This document shows, one piece after another, positions 12,912-27,825 of a stretch of DNA of 64,000 bases. Where the stretch lies: contig OX597832.1 of the NCBI GenBank assembly GCA_951406725.2, positions 2,790,001-2,854,000 of the forward strand, written 5' to 3'. Positions within the stretch are counted from its first letter, which is position 1, and each line of letters starts with the position of its first letter. The translations under genes and the position numbers were made by a program. The notes under the pieces are model-generated. The model made no database searches and was not told where the DNA came from. It was given only the letters and a program-made list of their open reading frames with translations. This DNA is from Octopus vulgaris (Eukaryota).

Positions 12912-13607
12912 CCATAGTAACAACATTAACAACACACACACACACACACACACATATAGGTACAGTCCTGGCTGTGTGGTAAGAAGCAGGTTTCTTCATC
13001 TATAGTCTCAGGCCAATCTAAGCCTTGTGAGTGGATTTGGTAGACAGAAACTGAAAGAAGCCCATCGTGTGTATATGTGTGTGTTTGTGTGTATGCTTGA
13101 ACAAACTCAGAGGAGTAGTGTTCTACAAATACAAAAGGATCTCACTTCAGTAGTGTACTCAACTGAAAAAAACCTATACTTAACTGGAATAATAGATATA
13201 ATTCATAGACAGACACTTCCTGTAGGAGTGTTTAAAATTTGAAAGCGATAAGTAAGTGCAAAAACTATATCTTAATGACTGACCAACTGTATCTTTCATG
13301 CTTAATATAGTAAACTTTGTTATTTTATTTAATTACTTTTTAAACCAGACACAACTAAATCAATATTCTCAAATACAAAAATAACAGCTATTTCACTTAT
13401 TAGACTAAAAAAAAATAATGTTCTAAAAGTATGTTCAACCATTAAGTATTTAGTTATATTTAACAGTACTTTTGGCTATGCTCCCAATTTATATGATAAT
13501 AGGGTTTTCTGGATACAAACTGTGTTAGCAGGCTGAGAACTTAAGACAGGAGTAATCTTATTGGCTTACAAAGCAGAAGTTGGTTAGAGTAACTGTTAAT
13601 TGGATGG

Positions 13608-14165
13608 TTAATTGCTGGTAAGGGCACAATATTTTGTTTTGCAACCATAAAACATTACCAAGTATATTAAAGGTTTGCAAGTCAATATTGTGTCTTATAT
13701 CTAAGCAATATTCTCACTTTTAAGTTTAACTCTACAGATTTTCCATAGAATTAAGGGACAGTACTATAAAATTTAAACATGAGAATATTGCACTGCTAAC
13801 GCAAAAAGTAAAACACAATATTGACTTGTGAACCTTTAATAGACTTGGTAGTAAACTATGGTTGTAAAAGGAAATATTGTGTCCTTACCAGCAATTAATT
13901 TGCATGTACCAGTTACCAGGAATGTGTTTAATATGTGAAACGGTCAATCCAATTGTGTTATACCACTAAACTTAGGGGGTATTTAAGCAATGAGTTGGAT
14001 GTGGTGCTGATGAAAGAGCAATAACTCTTGAAATGTGGATATACACTCATTAACCATTTTGTTTTTTTATCTTTAATCATATTGTCTTCATAGATGTATT
14101 TATATACAAAATGTAACTTGCAGTGTTGGCTCTGAATTTTACAAAAAATCTACAGAGATAAACTT
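13608..14165. mobile_element. Inverted repeat followed by a hammerhead-like terminal repeat (family D)
   Basis: Arms 13608-13730 and 13770-13898; CTGATGA-aagag-caataa-ctctt-GAAA at 14007-14033. Confidence 0.65.
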
Positions 14166-14354
14166 TATGGTTAATATATCAACTCTAGTGAAGTCAACCT
14201 TAAACAAAAATACAACAGTGAGTCATAAGTCACCTAAGAAGTTTTATTATTCGTTTAAGTGCACTGGCTGAAAGTATAATTCCTAATAGAGAGAAAGGAA
14301 GCTGCATTTTCAGAATTAGGGTGTTAATGAGTTAACTCTTCATGTCATCAGTAT

Positions 14355-14595
14355 CTATATCTCCCTGGCTATTGTAAATAATAGAATATTAAAGTTTAGT
14401 ATTATAATCAATGAGAGAACTATATAATACAAGAATGTGTCTTTAGTCTGTGGTGCTGAGCTAAAACCTTCATATGGGATCATTTCAGAAATCCCTATTA
14501 TATTCGCAACATGGATACATTGTTCAGTGGGGTTCCAATGATAGAATAAACTCCAAATATTCAAATTATAACAGATTTATTGCCAAAATCACATT
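14355..14595 (-). pseudogene. Candidate terminal exon ending in a hydrophobic (GPI/TM-like) tail; needs a 1-nt frameshift
   Basis: Strong acceptor tttctgcttttacag; (E)CDFGNKS / CYNLNIWSLFYHWNPTEQCIHV...FLYYIVLSLIIILNFNILLFTIAREI*. Confidence 0.3.
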
Positions 14596-15455
14596 CTGTA
14601 AAAGCAGAAATAAATGTTTGCAGATATTATAATTTCCTTTACAGTTCTACTGCAAACTGTGTAACTTATATAGGAGTCAGTCCCAATTTTTACATTGGAA
14701 AATATGACTTTGTCAGTTTCTCCAGTTGACAGCAATTTATTCTCCTAATCAAGGCTGTCTAGTTATCACCAGGTAATGTTTACTCTTGTGGTCAAAGCCT
14801 GCTGTAGAAACAAGATTTCATTTCAGATATAATGTCACTCAACATCATCAACTGTTGATCTTCTGTCACTAAGTGTTTACATAACATAGTTACCTAATTT
14901 CTCCATGAAAACTCATTTACAAGAATTAATCACTATGAGTAATATGTAAAATGTTGAGCTATTTAGTAATTTTCTCACACCAGTGCAATACAACCTTTAG
15001 AATTGCATTTCCACAACTTGTCAGTAATTTTCGTGTTGCTACTAATGTTATAAATAGCATTTATTATTTAATTCCACATCAGCCTTGTTTCAGTAGACCT
15101 ATGATCAAAAGAATTCCAACCATGATCTTCCCATCTTTTATACAGACATTGTATATATATCGTATTTTATTATTCAGTATAGCCTTATATATCAGCATTT
15201 TTAGACAATTGAATGAGATTTAAATATGGCTTGGCTGCTTTTTCTAATATTTTAAGGGACAACTATAACCAACAATGGTAAGAGCTGAATAGATCACATG
15301 TCAGTTTTTGGTTGAAAAGTGATATTGTTGTGTCTCAAAGAACTGCACAGTTAGCAGATTTGTCAGAATGTTATCAATATTAAAATATTTCACAACCCAG
15401 TATTATAGGGAATGTGGATCTCACATAACGGATACAATGTTGAAGTTTAATTATC

Positions 15456-15675
15456 TCATCATCATCATCATTTAACGTCCACTTTCCATGCTAGCATGGG
15501 TTGGACGATTTGACCAAGGGCTGGCGAACCAGATGGCTGCACCAGGCTCCAATCTTGATCTGGCAGAGTTTCTACAGCTGGATGCCCTTCCTAATGCCAA
15601 CCACTCCGAGAGTGTAGTGGGTGCTTTTACGTGCCACCAGCACGGGGTCCAGTCAGGCGGTACTGGCAACAACCT
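15456..15675 (-). mobile_element. SINE with (TGA)n tail
   Basis: catcatcatcatttaacgtcc...ctacagctggatgcccttcctaatgccaacc. Confidence 0.8.
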
Positions 15676-15899
15676 GTAAAACCGGTAATAAGCATTACTA
15701 CAGGTCATTTATAACACAGGATATTTTTTAGGAGCAGTTGATGCCCACTAGTATGGATGTTCTCATTACTATTTTGTAAAGACAATATATTACCTCTGAT
15801 CCACCCTAGTACCACTATTATTCCAACTTAATATACTGTAAATGTCTCAGGTATATTCTAGCTATTGTAGGTAGGATATGTTCCAATGTGAAGCACAGA

Positions 15900-16050
15900 G
15901 TTCAAAGGTAATGGAGTCTGCCATTAACAATAATCATCTCCAGCAACTTGAATCTCTCTCCCTCTTCAATGACTATCATTTTGGGGTTTATAAGGCCAGA
16001 TCTACTGCAGATATATTCTCCTATGTCACTCACCAGTGGACCCTCACTTT
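15900..16050 (+). mobile_element. CR1/Jockey-like RT fragment
   Basis: SKVMESAINN...DYHFGVYKARSTADIFSYVTHQW resembles SKVME...QYGFR..RST. Confidence 0.65.
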
Positions 16051-16064
16051 TAAGAAATTTGGAG

Positions 16065-16432
16065 AAAAAATGTGACATGAAGATACAGACTAACAACACA
16101 ATAGAAAATTCTAGATGTTATATAGTTATCCTACCAAAATGACTGAACAGGAAATTAATAAGATTGATGGATACCAAGACTTACAACTGAGGAAGGCTTG
16201 TGCCATTCCTGTCATTGTAGGATCCTTCAGTACATTGACCAGCAGACTGGGGTGATGGGTCAAGAAGATCAGGATTGAAGTTAATACAACACTACTTCAA
16301 AATACTTGTTTATTTGGGACAGGGAGAATTATAAAATGATTCCTAGTTACCCGAGGTCATGGGAAGTGATCTGATACAAAGAAAATGCATCTAAGGCTGT
16401 GATAAGGAAGATAATGATGACGATGATGATAA
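16065..16432 (+). mobile_element. Second R4/Dong-like 3' fragment
   Basis: CDMKIQTNNTIEN..IVI; KIDGYQDL; IPVIVGSF; LLQNTCLFGTGRII; (GAT)n tail. Confidence 0.65.
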
Positions 16433-16434
16433 TT

Positions 16435-16645
16435 TATAACTTGGCACAAGGTTAGTAATTTCAGGGAAGGAGTGAGTTGATTACATTGACCCCAGTGTTC
16501 AACTGGTACTTATTTTATCAACCCTGAAAGGATGAAAGGCAAAGCTGAGCCCGGCAGAATTTAAACTGAGAACATGAAGATGGACAAAAACGCTACTAAG
16601 CATTTTGCTTGGCATACAAATAATTCTGCCAGCTTGCTGCCTTTA
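16435..16645 (+). mobile_element. SINE fragment (accccgaaaggatgaaaggcaaag family)
   Basis: Same core at 17960-18145, 35715-35830 and 46190-46370, and inverted at 34115-34310. Confidence 0.75.
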
Positions 16646-18732
16646 ATAATGATAATAATAATTATTATTATTATCATTATTATTAAAGATATTATTATTA
16701 TGATTCATAAGACAATTTATGTATCACACACACACACACACCGCTGTCTTCAATGGAGCAGCTATTGTACTTTTGCATTGGAACTGTAGATTCAAGTCCA
16801 ACCATATACATTTGAAATGAAACTAGAATATTAAAATGTTATCAATGTAGTCATATAGTAACAGAATAATATTATGGAGAGATTATGCTTTCAATTATAT
16901 TCCACCGTAAAGCTTGTTTACTTTTTTAAAGTAAAGCTAAAATTAGCACTAACAATTCTCTAAATGGAATAGATGACAAATGAATAACAAAGAATATAGA
17001 CTTAAAGCTGTTCTCTCTCCAAAGACTTCATCTTCAGTACTGTCTATATGAATTTTATCTCATAAATCTCATAAATCAAATGCTCCAAATAAAAAGTACA
17101 ATTTTGAAAGAAATTATGTATTTCATGGTTCTCTATAAACTTTCAACAATGTTATTGTTTTCAAAATAACAATGGGATTTCCATGGCCACAGCTAGTTTG
17201 AATTATTCTAAAAGTTAATCTGTTCATATGTTGATAATATAGCAATATATTTGCAAGCAACACAAAAGTGGTGATGGGTCCATAGAAAATTGGGTTTGTC
17301 ACAATTTTGATTCCTAGTTCAACTATTCCCCATTGTAAAAACATTCAACTACATTTAGTAACCTAGAAAGAAATAAACTCAGACTGACTTTTGTTGAAAT
17401 ATTGCATAAAAAAAGGTCATCCATGATGCTTCAACAATACAATAAAAATAGAACAGTTTCATTTTCACTTCATAGTTATTTACAGGTTCAGTCTAATACC
17501 ATTACTTTTCTACATTTTACAGGATATTAAAAGAATTATACATCGAAATAGAACGCTACATAAAAGAATAACATTGTTTAAAAATTGAAAGAATTTTTCT
17601 AAAACATAAATTTGAATGTATAGAAATAACAAAATAAAATACATTTTAAATTTGCCACTAGTTTATTCAGGATGTTAGTTTATCATGCATGATTTCAAAT
17701 TATATTCGTTTTCTAAAAAAATTGTTAGAGAAAATACTTTAACCTTTTTCGAGAATATATTCCTAATGTAATGCATTGCCTATATGTTATAAATTTTGAA
17801 AATAATCAAGGATGAGAAGGAATTTTGTAAAATAGTTTTTATTTTAAGTTAGTGCTTTGAACATTACCGACATAAAATTATGATGGCAAAGTTAAGCTAC
17901 AATATGAACACACTCACACACACATACATATATATTTCTTTACTACCCACAAGAGGGGACAGACAAAGGGATTAAGTCGGTTATATCGACCCCAGTGTGA
18001 AACTGGTACTTAATTTATCGACCCCGAAAGGATGAAAGGCAAAGTTGACCTTGGCGGAATTTGAACTCAGAACATAACGGCAGATGAAATACAGCTACGC
18101 ATTTCGCCCGGTGTGCTAATGTGTCAGCCAGCTCACCGCCTTACATATACACGCACATACACAGATATGTATGCATGCATATGCGCATGTGTGTGTCTGC
18201 GTGTGATTGAGTATCTCCTTGCCTTGACACAACACAATAGTTATTAAAGAGCGTCATCATAATACAAGTGGTGTTGTTTATTTACAATCTTCTGCTTAAA
18301 AAGGCATTCGGTTATAGAAAACCTACCTCAATGAATTCTGCTTAACCCTTGCAAGAATAGAAATGTGTACGTAAAATGATGATGAAGATGATGATATCCT
18401 ATTCACATCTATTTCTTCATGATTACATAGGTGAGAGTGTTTATTTGAGCAAGTAATAGTTTTTACAGCTGAATGGATCTCTTACTTAGAAATCATTCAA
18501 CCATGAAATAGAAATGGAAGTAGCAGGAGTAGAATTATATATAAAATATATATATATGAATTATGCATTATGTAATATTTGAGCTGTGTCCACTGACATC
18601 ACTCCCTTTCAATGACTCCTCATATACTGCTTTATGTAAAATCTGGTTTTACCTTACAAGACCTAATATGAATTTCTTGACATTAGACATTATTGGCAAG
18701 ACCGTAACATACATAAATACAAAGAATTCAGA

Positions 18733-18733
18733 G

Positions 18734-18823
<90 letters not shown>

Positions 18824-18840
18824 CAGTAGTAGTAGTAGTA
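18733..18840. repeat. Compound (GTA)n(GCA)n microsatellite
   Basis: Direct reading. Confidence 0.95.
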
Positions 18841-18872
18841 AGCACTCAACTACCAACATGGCTGAAAAAGAT

Positions 18873-19230
18873 TGTACATTATTTACATTTGATGGATATT
18901 TGTCCTCATCTTGTTTGTTGTTAACATGTTTCAGCTGATATACCCTCCAGCCTTCATCAGGTGTCTTGGGGAAATTTCGAACCTGGGGATATTGATAAAT
19001 CGGGTAAAGCTGATCATGTATGGAAAAATGGAGACCACCTCACACGGTGGGATGAAATTAAAATAATAGACACAGAACACCACTGGAAAATATGAAAACT
19101 AAAAGAAGCAGCACATATGCTAGGACACAACAACCTCCTAAGCAGACCGAGTGCAGATATGAGTAACATATGGGAACCGGTATTAAGGAAGGATAGGAAA
19201 ATATTAGATTTATAAACCCTAAAATTCACT
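18873..19230. mobile_element. Penelope-like fragment: inverted terminal repeat with hammerhead remnant, then endonuclease C-terminus
   Basis: Minus acac-CTGATGA-aggctg...cagct-GAAAC (18920-18964); plus KSGKADHVWKNGDHLTRWDEIKIIDTEHHWKI*KLKEAAHM. Confidence 0.75.
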
Positions 19231-19240
19231 CCATAATTGC

Positions 19241-19305
19241 CCATGGGCATATGGCATAGTGGTTAAGAGCACGGGCTACTAACCCCAAGATTCTGAGTTT
19301 GATTA
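19241..19305 (+). mobile_element. tRNA-derived SINE head
   Basis: A-box tggcatagtgg; decayed B-box gagtttgatt. Confidence 0.55.
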
Positions 19306-19644
19306 ATAATAATAATAACATCGATATGATTCCTTTCTTAATCTTTATAAGATTGTTGGCACCTTATAGATTTGGAATTCAGTTTAACTAGATAAAGTGG
19401 GAAATGTATATAATTTGAATTATCATAGGCCAGATAGAATACATAAGCAGGGTGACATTTTAAAGGGAGACTGCTTTTGAAAGTTACAGTAAGTGTGTTC
19501 GTACAAAGTCTAAGTGTAGGCTAAAAATTACTACCTCTGCAGAAAATATTTTTATGTGTTAATTATAAAAAGTAAAACAAACTATATTTTCAGTATACAT
19601 GAAAGTTTAGAGAAGTTGTTATAACATACATGTACGTGGGTATG

Positions 19645-21735
19645 TGTATTAGTTGAATAAAGTTACAACATGATCTGGTTTTCACGTTCTTTATTATTGT
19701 ATTTTAGAAAAATATTTGCAATGTTCATAAAGTTCAGTTAGTGCATTCATACATTCGTAGTAATCATCAGATTTCAAAATCTATTAACTGACAGTTGAGT
19801 TGAGTTCTTGACAACTGTAGTAAAATGACTGACTTCTTCATTTTTATACTTTTTAGAAGCCTCTGACAAGCTGAATTTTTTGAATATGGTTTTGACCAAT
19901 CAGCATGCAACTTAAACATCACAGTTTCCCAGGTGCACCAATATTACTGGCATAGACTCCGCCTTTATTTTAACCAATTAGCTTGCGGTTAACATGTAAT
20001 GGTTTAATGAGTGAGCAAACTTAGTTGGTTTCAGTCGTTTTTATGTCAATTTGTGGGAGTCTTCTTGTAATTTGTTTATATTCATATGTTAAAGATATTT
20101 TTTAATTCTCATCATTAACTGGTTGTTATATTATTGTTGTTATTTCTGTTCAGAACAGGTTTGAACATTTTAATAAAACATTTTTCCTTTATCTTTCTTC
20201 CAACCTCACTTGCGTCATGTAGTTTGTGGAAAGGAAAAATTAAAAACATTTTCTGACCACATGTTTCTATAAGTTCACTCAATGGAATTTGGCAAACATT
20301 AGTGCTCTGGATTTGTTATCTGTAATTAAAAACAACACCACAATCACAACTGATATTTATTACAAAAGCACAGATACACACCAGTACCTAAATTTCAAAT
20401 CATGCTACCCAACACGCATAAAATGCAACATCCTGTACTGTCAAGCCAGGAAAATTTGTGCTATAGTAGATGATCCAAATACCAGGAACATACAACTTAT
20501 AGAACTCAAAGGATTTCTGCTCAAGCAAAAATACCTTTTCCTACTTATACAAAATACCATACAATGAGCAAAAGAGATACCTATAGAACAACTTTGGGCA
20601 ACATAAGATAGATGAACCCACCAATGGAACACAATACCAGTTCTAGTAAATCACAATCTGCATCACCAAAATATTTTTAACATCATGAAAACAAATTTAC
20701 CAATCACAAAACAAAGTGAAAAATAAAAAAAAAACATGATAACTAATCAAACACTCATCTTAAACAAAAGGCAACCACGTAACCTAAAGGAACTATTAAC
20801 AAAGGCAAAATTCAACATGAACAAACAGGACAAAACATTCACGGTATCCAAGTGTAATGATAACAGATGTGGAATGTGTCAATACATGCATACTGGTAGA
20901 TCCATTACAACAAAAAATGGACAGATTTTCACAAATGCAGATATGAACTTCAAAAGCAGAAATTGGATCTACTGCATTAAATGCCCTGATTGCAAGGAAC
21001 TATATATTGGTGAGACAGGGAATGCATTATCAGAATGCTCACAAGTTCACAGACAACAAACCTGGAACGCTAATGTTTACCAAATTCTATTGAGCGAACA
21101 TATAGAAACATGTAGTCAGAAAATTTTTTAATTTTTCCTTTCCACAAACTACATGACACAAGTGAGATTGAAAGAAAGATAAAAGAAAAATGTTTTATTA
21201 AAATGTTCAAACCTGTTCTGAACAGAAATAACAACAATAATATAACAACCAGTTAATGATGTGAATTAAAAAATATCTTTAACATATGAATATAAACAAA
21301 TTACAGAAGTCTCCCACCGATTGAAATAAAAACGACCAAAACCAACTAAGTTTGCTCACTCATAAAACCATTACATGTAAACTGCAAGCCAATTGGTTAA
21401 AATAAAGGCGGAGTCTATACCAGTAATATCGGTGCACCTGACAAACCGTGACGTTTAAGTTGCATACTGATTGATCAAAACTGTATTAAAAACTTTCAGC
21501 TTGTCGGAAGCTTCTAAAAAGTATAAAAATGAAGAAATCGGTCATTTTACTACAGTTGTCAAGAATTCAACTCAACTGTCAGTTAATAGATTTTGAAATC
21601 TGATGATTACTACGAATGTATGAATGCACTAACTGAACTTTATGAACATTGCTAAATATTTTTGACAGCCAAAACTTTGTGGATATTTCTAAAGTGAAAA
21701 CCAGACCATGTAATTTTATTCAACTGATATATTAT
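19645..21735 (+). mobile_element. Neptune-like Penelope element with ~670-bp inverted terminal repeats
   Basis: TDIYYKSTDTHQYLNFKSCYP (RT thumb), CNDNRCGMC, WIYCIKCPDCKELYIGETG (GIY-YIG); arms 19645-20317 and 21055-21735. Confidence 0.92.
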
Positions 21736-21760
21736 TCTATACACATTTACACAAATTCAG

Positions 21761-21832
<72 letters not shown>

Positions 21833-21915
21833 CAGATAAATTCCTCTATTTACATAATATCGAGGTCTCTTTCACTCTTTTGTTGTCTTGCCATTTCTAT
21901 TAATATGTATATATA

Positions 21916-23473
21916 TACTGTAAAAACCCATGTAATTTACACACTTTTTTTTTCACAAAAACAAAAATAAATTTTAGTGGGTGTGTAAACTAGATGAGTA
22001 GATCATTTCCAGAATTTTTTGGGAATTTTATTTTGTCAAGAAATGATGTACAGATGTAAACATTTGTATCAGAAGTTGACTCATTTAATGTCAGAATAGG
22101 TTTTTACAGAGAAAATATAATGAAGTTGACTTTTATTTATGCTGGACAGTATAATGCTTACTTTTTCTGTATAGATTTACTAAAATAATTAAATATTAAA
22201 CTACTTTTTGAAGTTTGATGTTCATGCTGGTAATCACAATCTGGGCCATATTTTACATTGCTTGGAGTTTCTTATTGTAATGGAGCCCAACAATTTCATT
22301 AAATAGATCAGTTTTTCTCCGCTTAAGAAGTTTAGCTTGTGTTTGCCTCCAGGAAGCTATTGCTCACTTTCTCCACATTAGAACAATGAAATTCATCACT
22401 GCCACATTGCTGCTACCAGCTCTTACTGCATCTAACGCTGATGACAACATCATAATACATCCTTGTGCATGTAAACTCCCTAAATGAATATGACTTAGCA
22501 TTCCTACAAAAACCTTCATTTACCTTATACGATGTTTAATGTCATTTCACATTTATGTTGAATTATACAGCAATCTTATGTTCTCTTCATAGAACACTTG
22601 TAATGTATGCATTACCAGTTCTTTTGATATGGTAGATTTTTGTTATTCTTGTTTATGTCTCCTCACAGACATGTATATTCTAACAAGTTGCTTCTTAAAT
22701 TTCGCACTTCTTTTGTTCAATAAATACTGAGTTAAACTTGCAAAGCTGTTTATTTTCTCCTTTCGATTTTCAATCTTTATTTTAGCAGGTTACTAAACTA
22801 TTAGTTTGTTCTCCTGTCTAAAATGGTAATGACAAATTTTTAAGTTTGCTTGACATTTTATAAGTGTGAGAGGGATTAAAATTTTGATACTCTGTATCAA
22901 AGGTTCCGACAAGGATAGGCAGAAAATCAGAGCTTGAGACAAGAAGACACTTTTGACCAATCAGAATACTGTTTACATAATCAGTTTGATTGGTCACCTT
23001 CCTCTGTCAGTTGAGTAAAGTGTCATCCAAGCTGGTATCTTGCAACACTTGTGTGTATTTATCAGCTTTGTTTTTGTTGGTAAAAATTATCAACAACTTT
23101 TCCTGTGATCATAATTTGAGAAGACATACAGAAGTATGCTAAAGATCGCACATACTCTCTTGTGGGCAAGAAATGTAAAGTAAAGTTTATTATAAACAAC
23201 ACAAACACTTTATAATTTAATAGCTTTCTACCTGTTAAACAGATATTATTTTTATTTGATGAAAATTTAATAAAATCTAATCATAAGTAAGTGAAATTAT
23301 GCTAAATACAACTAAATTAAAAACCTTTTTCCACTAGCCATATTGGCAATTCTGGAAACTTTTGGGTGCAAATTTTACATGAGTAGAAGCTTTTTTGATT
23401 TTTAACAATTTTTATCCTGAAAATCACCTCCGTAAATTACACAGGCGTGCAAATTACATGGGTTTTTATGGTA
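21916..23473. mobile_element. Decayed pogo/Tigger-like DNA transposon
   Basis: TIRs TA-ctgtaaaaacccatgtaattt / aaattacatgggtttttatgg-TA; no intact ORF. Confidence 0.65.
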
Positions 23474-23484
23474 TATATTGTCTG

Positions 23485-23870
23485 TTATTCTTTTACTTGT
23501 TTCAGTCATTTGACCGTGGCCATGCTGGAGCACCACTTTTAGTCAAGCAAATTGACTCCAGGACTTATTCTTTGTAAGCCTAGTACTTATTCTATTAGTC
23601 TCTTTTGCTGAACCACTAAGTTACAGGGATGTAAACACACCAGCATCAGTTATCAAGTGATGTTGGTGGGGGACAAACACACAAACACATACATATATAT
23701 ATGTGACAAGTTTCTTTCAGTTTTGACCTACCAAATCCACTCACAAGGCTTTGGTTGACCTGGAACTATAGTAGAAGACACTTGCCCAAGGAGCCATGCA
23801 GTAGGACTGAACCCAGAACCATGTGGTTGGTAAGCAAGCTGCTTACCATACAGCCACTCCTGCACCTATA
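23485..23870 (-). mobile_element. Full-length tRNA-derived SINE
   Basis: Head caggagtggctgtatggtaagcagcttg...gggttcagtcc, central (TG) tract, gactgaaacaagtaaaaga tail. Confidence 0.85.
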
Positions 23871-23872
23871 TA

Positions 23873-25101
23873 ATCTAAAATAAGCAGGAAATGGAGAAAA
23901 CTTTTGATCAACAAACAAACAAATTGCCCAACATTGGTTAATTATTTTTTAATACATAACATAACATTTCTTACAACCATTTTTGCTGCCAATGTCAGTC
24001 GGTGCCTACAGAGAAAATTCCCAAAAATAATATTTGTCATCTTTATAGCACATTCGATCTAGTACATGGAACTTCATCAGAATGAATACAAATACATAAA
24101 ATAATAGAAGGGAAGAGGAAAGAGCAGGGCCTCGAGATGAGGCCAGAAATCTCAATATATTAGAATCATACCATTTTGTAGTGTGAAGCTTGAAGCGATG
24201 GGCAAAAGAGTAAACTAGCAAATAAACTAGAGAAATGATTTGTGGGTTATCTCACTTTATAGGGGTACCAGGATGTATAAATAACAGTAAAATAAAACTA
24301 GTGCTAAAGTAAAATAGGAATCACCAATATGTCTTGAAAAAGGATAGTACTTTTGATTTTGTAAATAGAGCTAATTAATATTTATCCAAAAACAAACCTG
24401 TAAAATTTTTATAATGGTGTACTTACTGAAATATTCTAGAGACCAATCACCTGTTGTCCGTATTGAAATTGTCCAAAGTCCAGCCATCCCTTCATTTGGT
24501 TAGTTACATTTAAAATGAAGGGCATTTAAATCCAATTAGTTTTACCCATTTAGAAACACCACAACCACCTCACTGTAGAACATGACTTAATTTTAATAAC
24601 TTATTAATTGCACCCCTCTCTTGATTGTACAGGTCTGTATTATCCTTAGGTATATTGTGCATGAATGAAAGTGAAATTTTGTGCTAGACCCCGTATGGCT
24701 ACACCCACACAAGGGTTAATATAACAAGTTTAATAATATTAACAATCTAATATTAATTATAATATATATTAAGTAAGATTTAGTAAACTTCACACTACAA
24801 AATGGTATGATTCTAATATATTGAGACTTCTGGCCTCATCTCGAGGCCCTGTTCTTCTCTCTTCCCTTCTAATTATTTTATGTATTTGTATTCATTCTGA
24901 TGAAGTTCCATGTACTAGATCGAATGTGCTATAAAGATGAATATTATTTTCGGAACTTTCTTTTGTGGCTCCCACTGACGTTGGCAGCCAAAACGGCCGT
25001 AAGAAATGTTATGCTGGGTATTAAAAAATAATTAACTGATGTTGGGCAATTTTTTTGTTTGTTGATCAAAAGTTTTCTCCATTTTCTGCTTATTTTAAAT
25101 T
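23873..25101. mobile_element. Fold-back element with ~315-bp inverted arms carrying hammerhead-like motifs (family F)
   Basis: 23873-24188 is the reverse complement of 24788-25101; CTGATGA at 24897, aaAC-GGCC-GTA at 24991-25001. Confidence 0.75.
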
Positions 25102-25324
25102 TGATTCCTGATAAACTTTTGTTTATTCTGTTATCACCTCTACTCTATGAGCATAGTGTGCTTGCATACCCATGCCCAGGTTTAACATAGGTAAATGATA
25201 ATGGTAGTAAGAACAGATATTCTTATCCCTTAGACGGTTATTCTAACCGCTAACTCTTCTTACCTTTTATTTATATATATACATATATATATATATATAA
25301 ATATATATACACACACACACACAT

Positions 25325-25478
25325 AGGCACATGCATGGCAAGAAGCTTGTTTACCAATCACATGGTTCTGGGTTCAGTCCCACTGCATGACAACTTGGAT
25401 AAGAGTCTTCTACTATAGCTTCGGGCCAACCAAAGCCTTGTGAGTGGATTTGGAAGAGGGAAACTAAAAGAAGCCCAT

Positions 25479-25537
<59 letters not shown>

Positions 25538-25700
25538 GCTTCTGTGTTTGACCCCCGTAACTTAGCAATTCGGCAAAGAGAGCAATAGAATAAGTACTAG
25601 GCTTACAAAGAATAAGACCTGAGGTCAACTCCTTTGTCAAAAGGTGATGCTCCAGCATGGCTGCAGTCAAATGACTGAAACAAATAAAAGAATAGAAAAA
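25325..25700 (+). mobile_element. Full-length SINE
   Basis: Same family as 23485-23870. Confidence 0.85.
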
Positions 25701-25717
25701 AAAATATATATATATAT

Positions 25718-26098
25718 ACTTCTTTTATTTGTTTCAGTCATTTGACTGTGGCCATGCTGGAGCATCACCTTAAGTCGAGCAAATCAACCTCAGAAGTTAT
25801 TGTTTGTAAGCCTAGTACTTATTCTATTGGTCTCTTTTTGCCAACCTGCTAAGTTACAGGGATGTAAACACACCACCATCAGTTGTCAAGCAATGTTGGG
25901 TTACAAACACAGACACACACACACACACACACACTCACATATATATGATGGGTTTCTTTCAGTCTTCGTCTACCAATTCCACTCACAAGGCTTTGGTTGG
26001 CCCGAAGCTATAGTAGTAGACACTTTCCCCAGGTGTCACACAGTGGGGCTGAACCTGGAACCATGTGCTTGGTAAGCAAGCTACTTACCACACAGCTA
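25718..26098 (-). mobile_element. Full-length SINE, tail-to-tail with the previous copy
   Basis: Reverse complement of 25325-25700. Confidence 0.85.
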
Positions 26099-26100
26099 TA

Positions 26101-27825
<1,725 letters not shown>

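Noticed and set aside
18391-18430. Possible AIF1 first exon (MISYSHLFLHDYI-G/gtgaga)
   Set aside because: The ATG comes from a SINE (TGA)n tail and the similarity is weak.
19241-19305. Functional tRNA gene (also 38190-38260)
   Set aside because: The T-arm and acceptor stem are broken; these are SINE heads.
24428-24573. Minus-strand exon with cag and gtaagt boundaries
   Set aside because: Stops occur in all three frames and it lies in a fold-back spacer.
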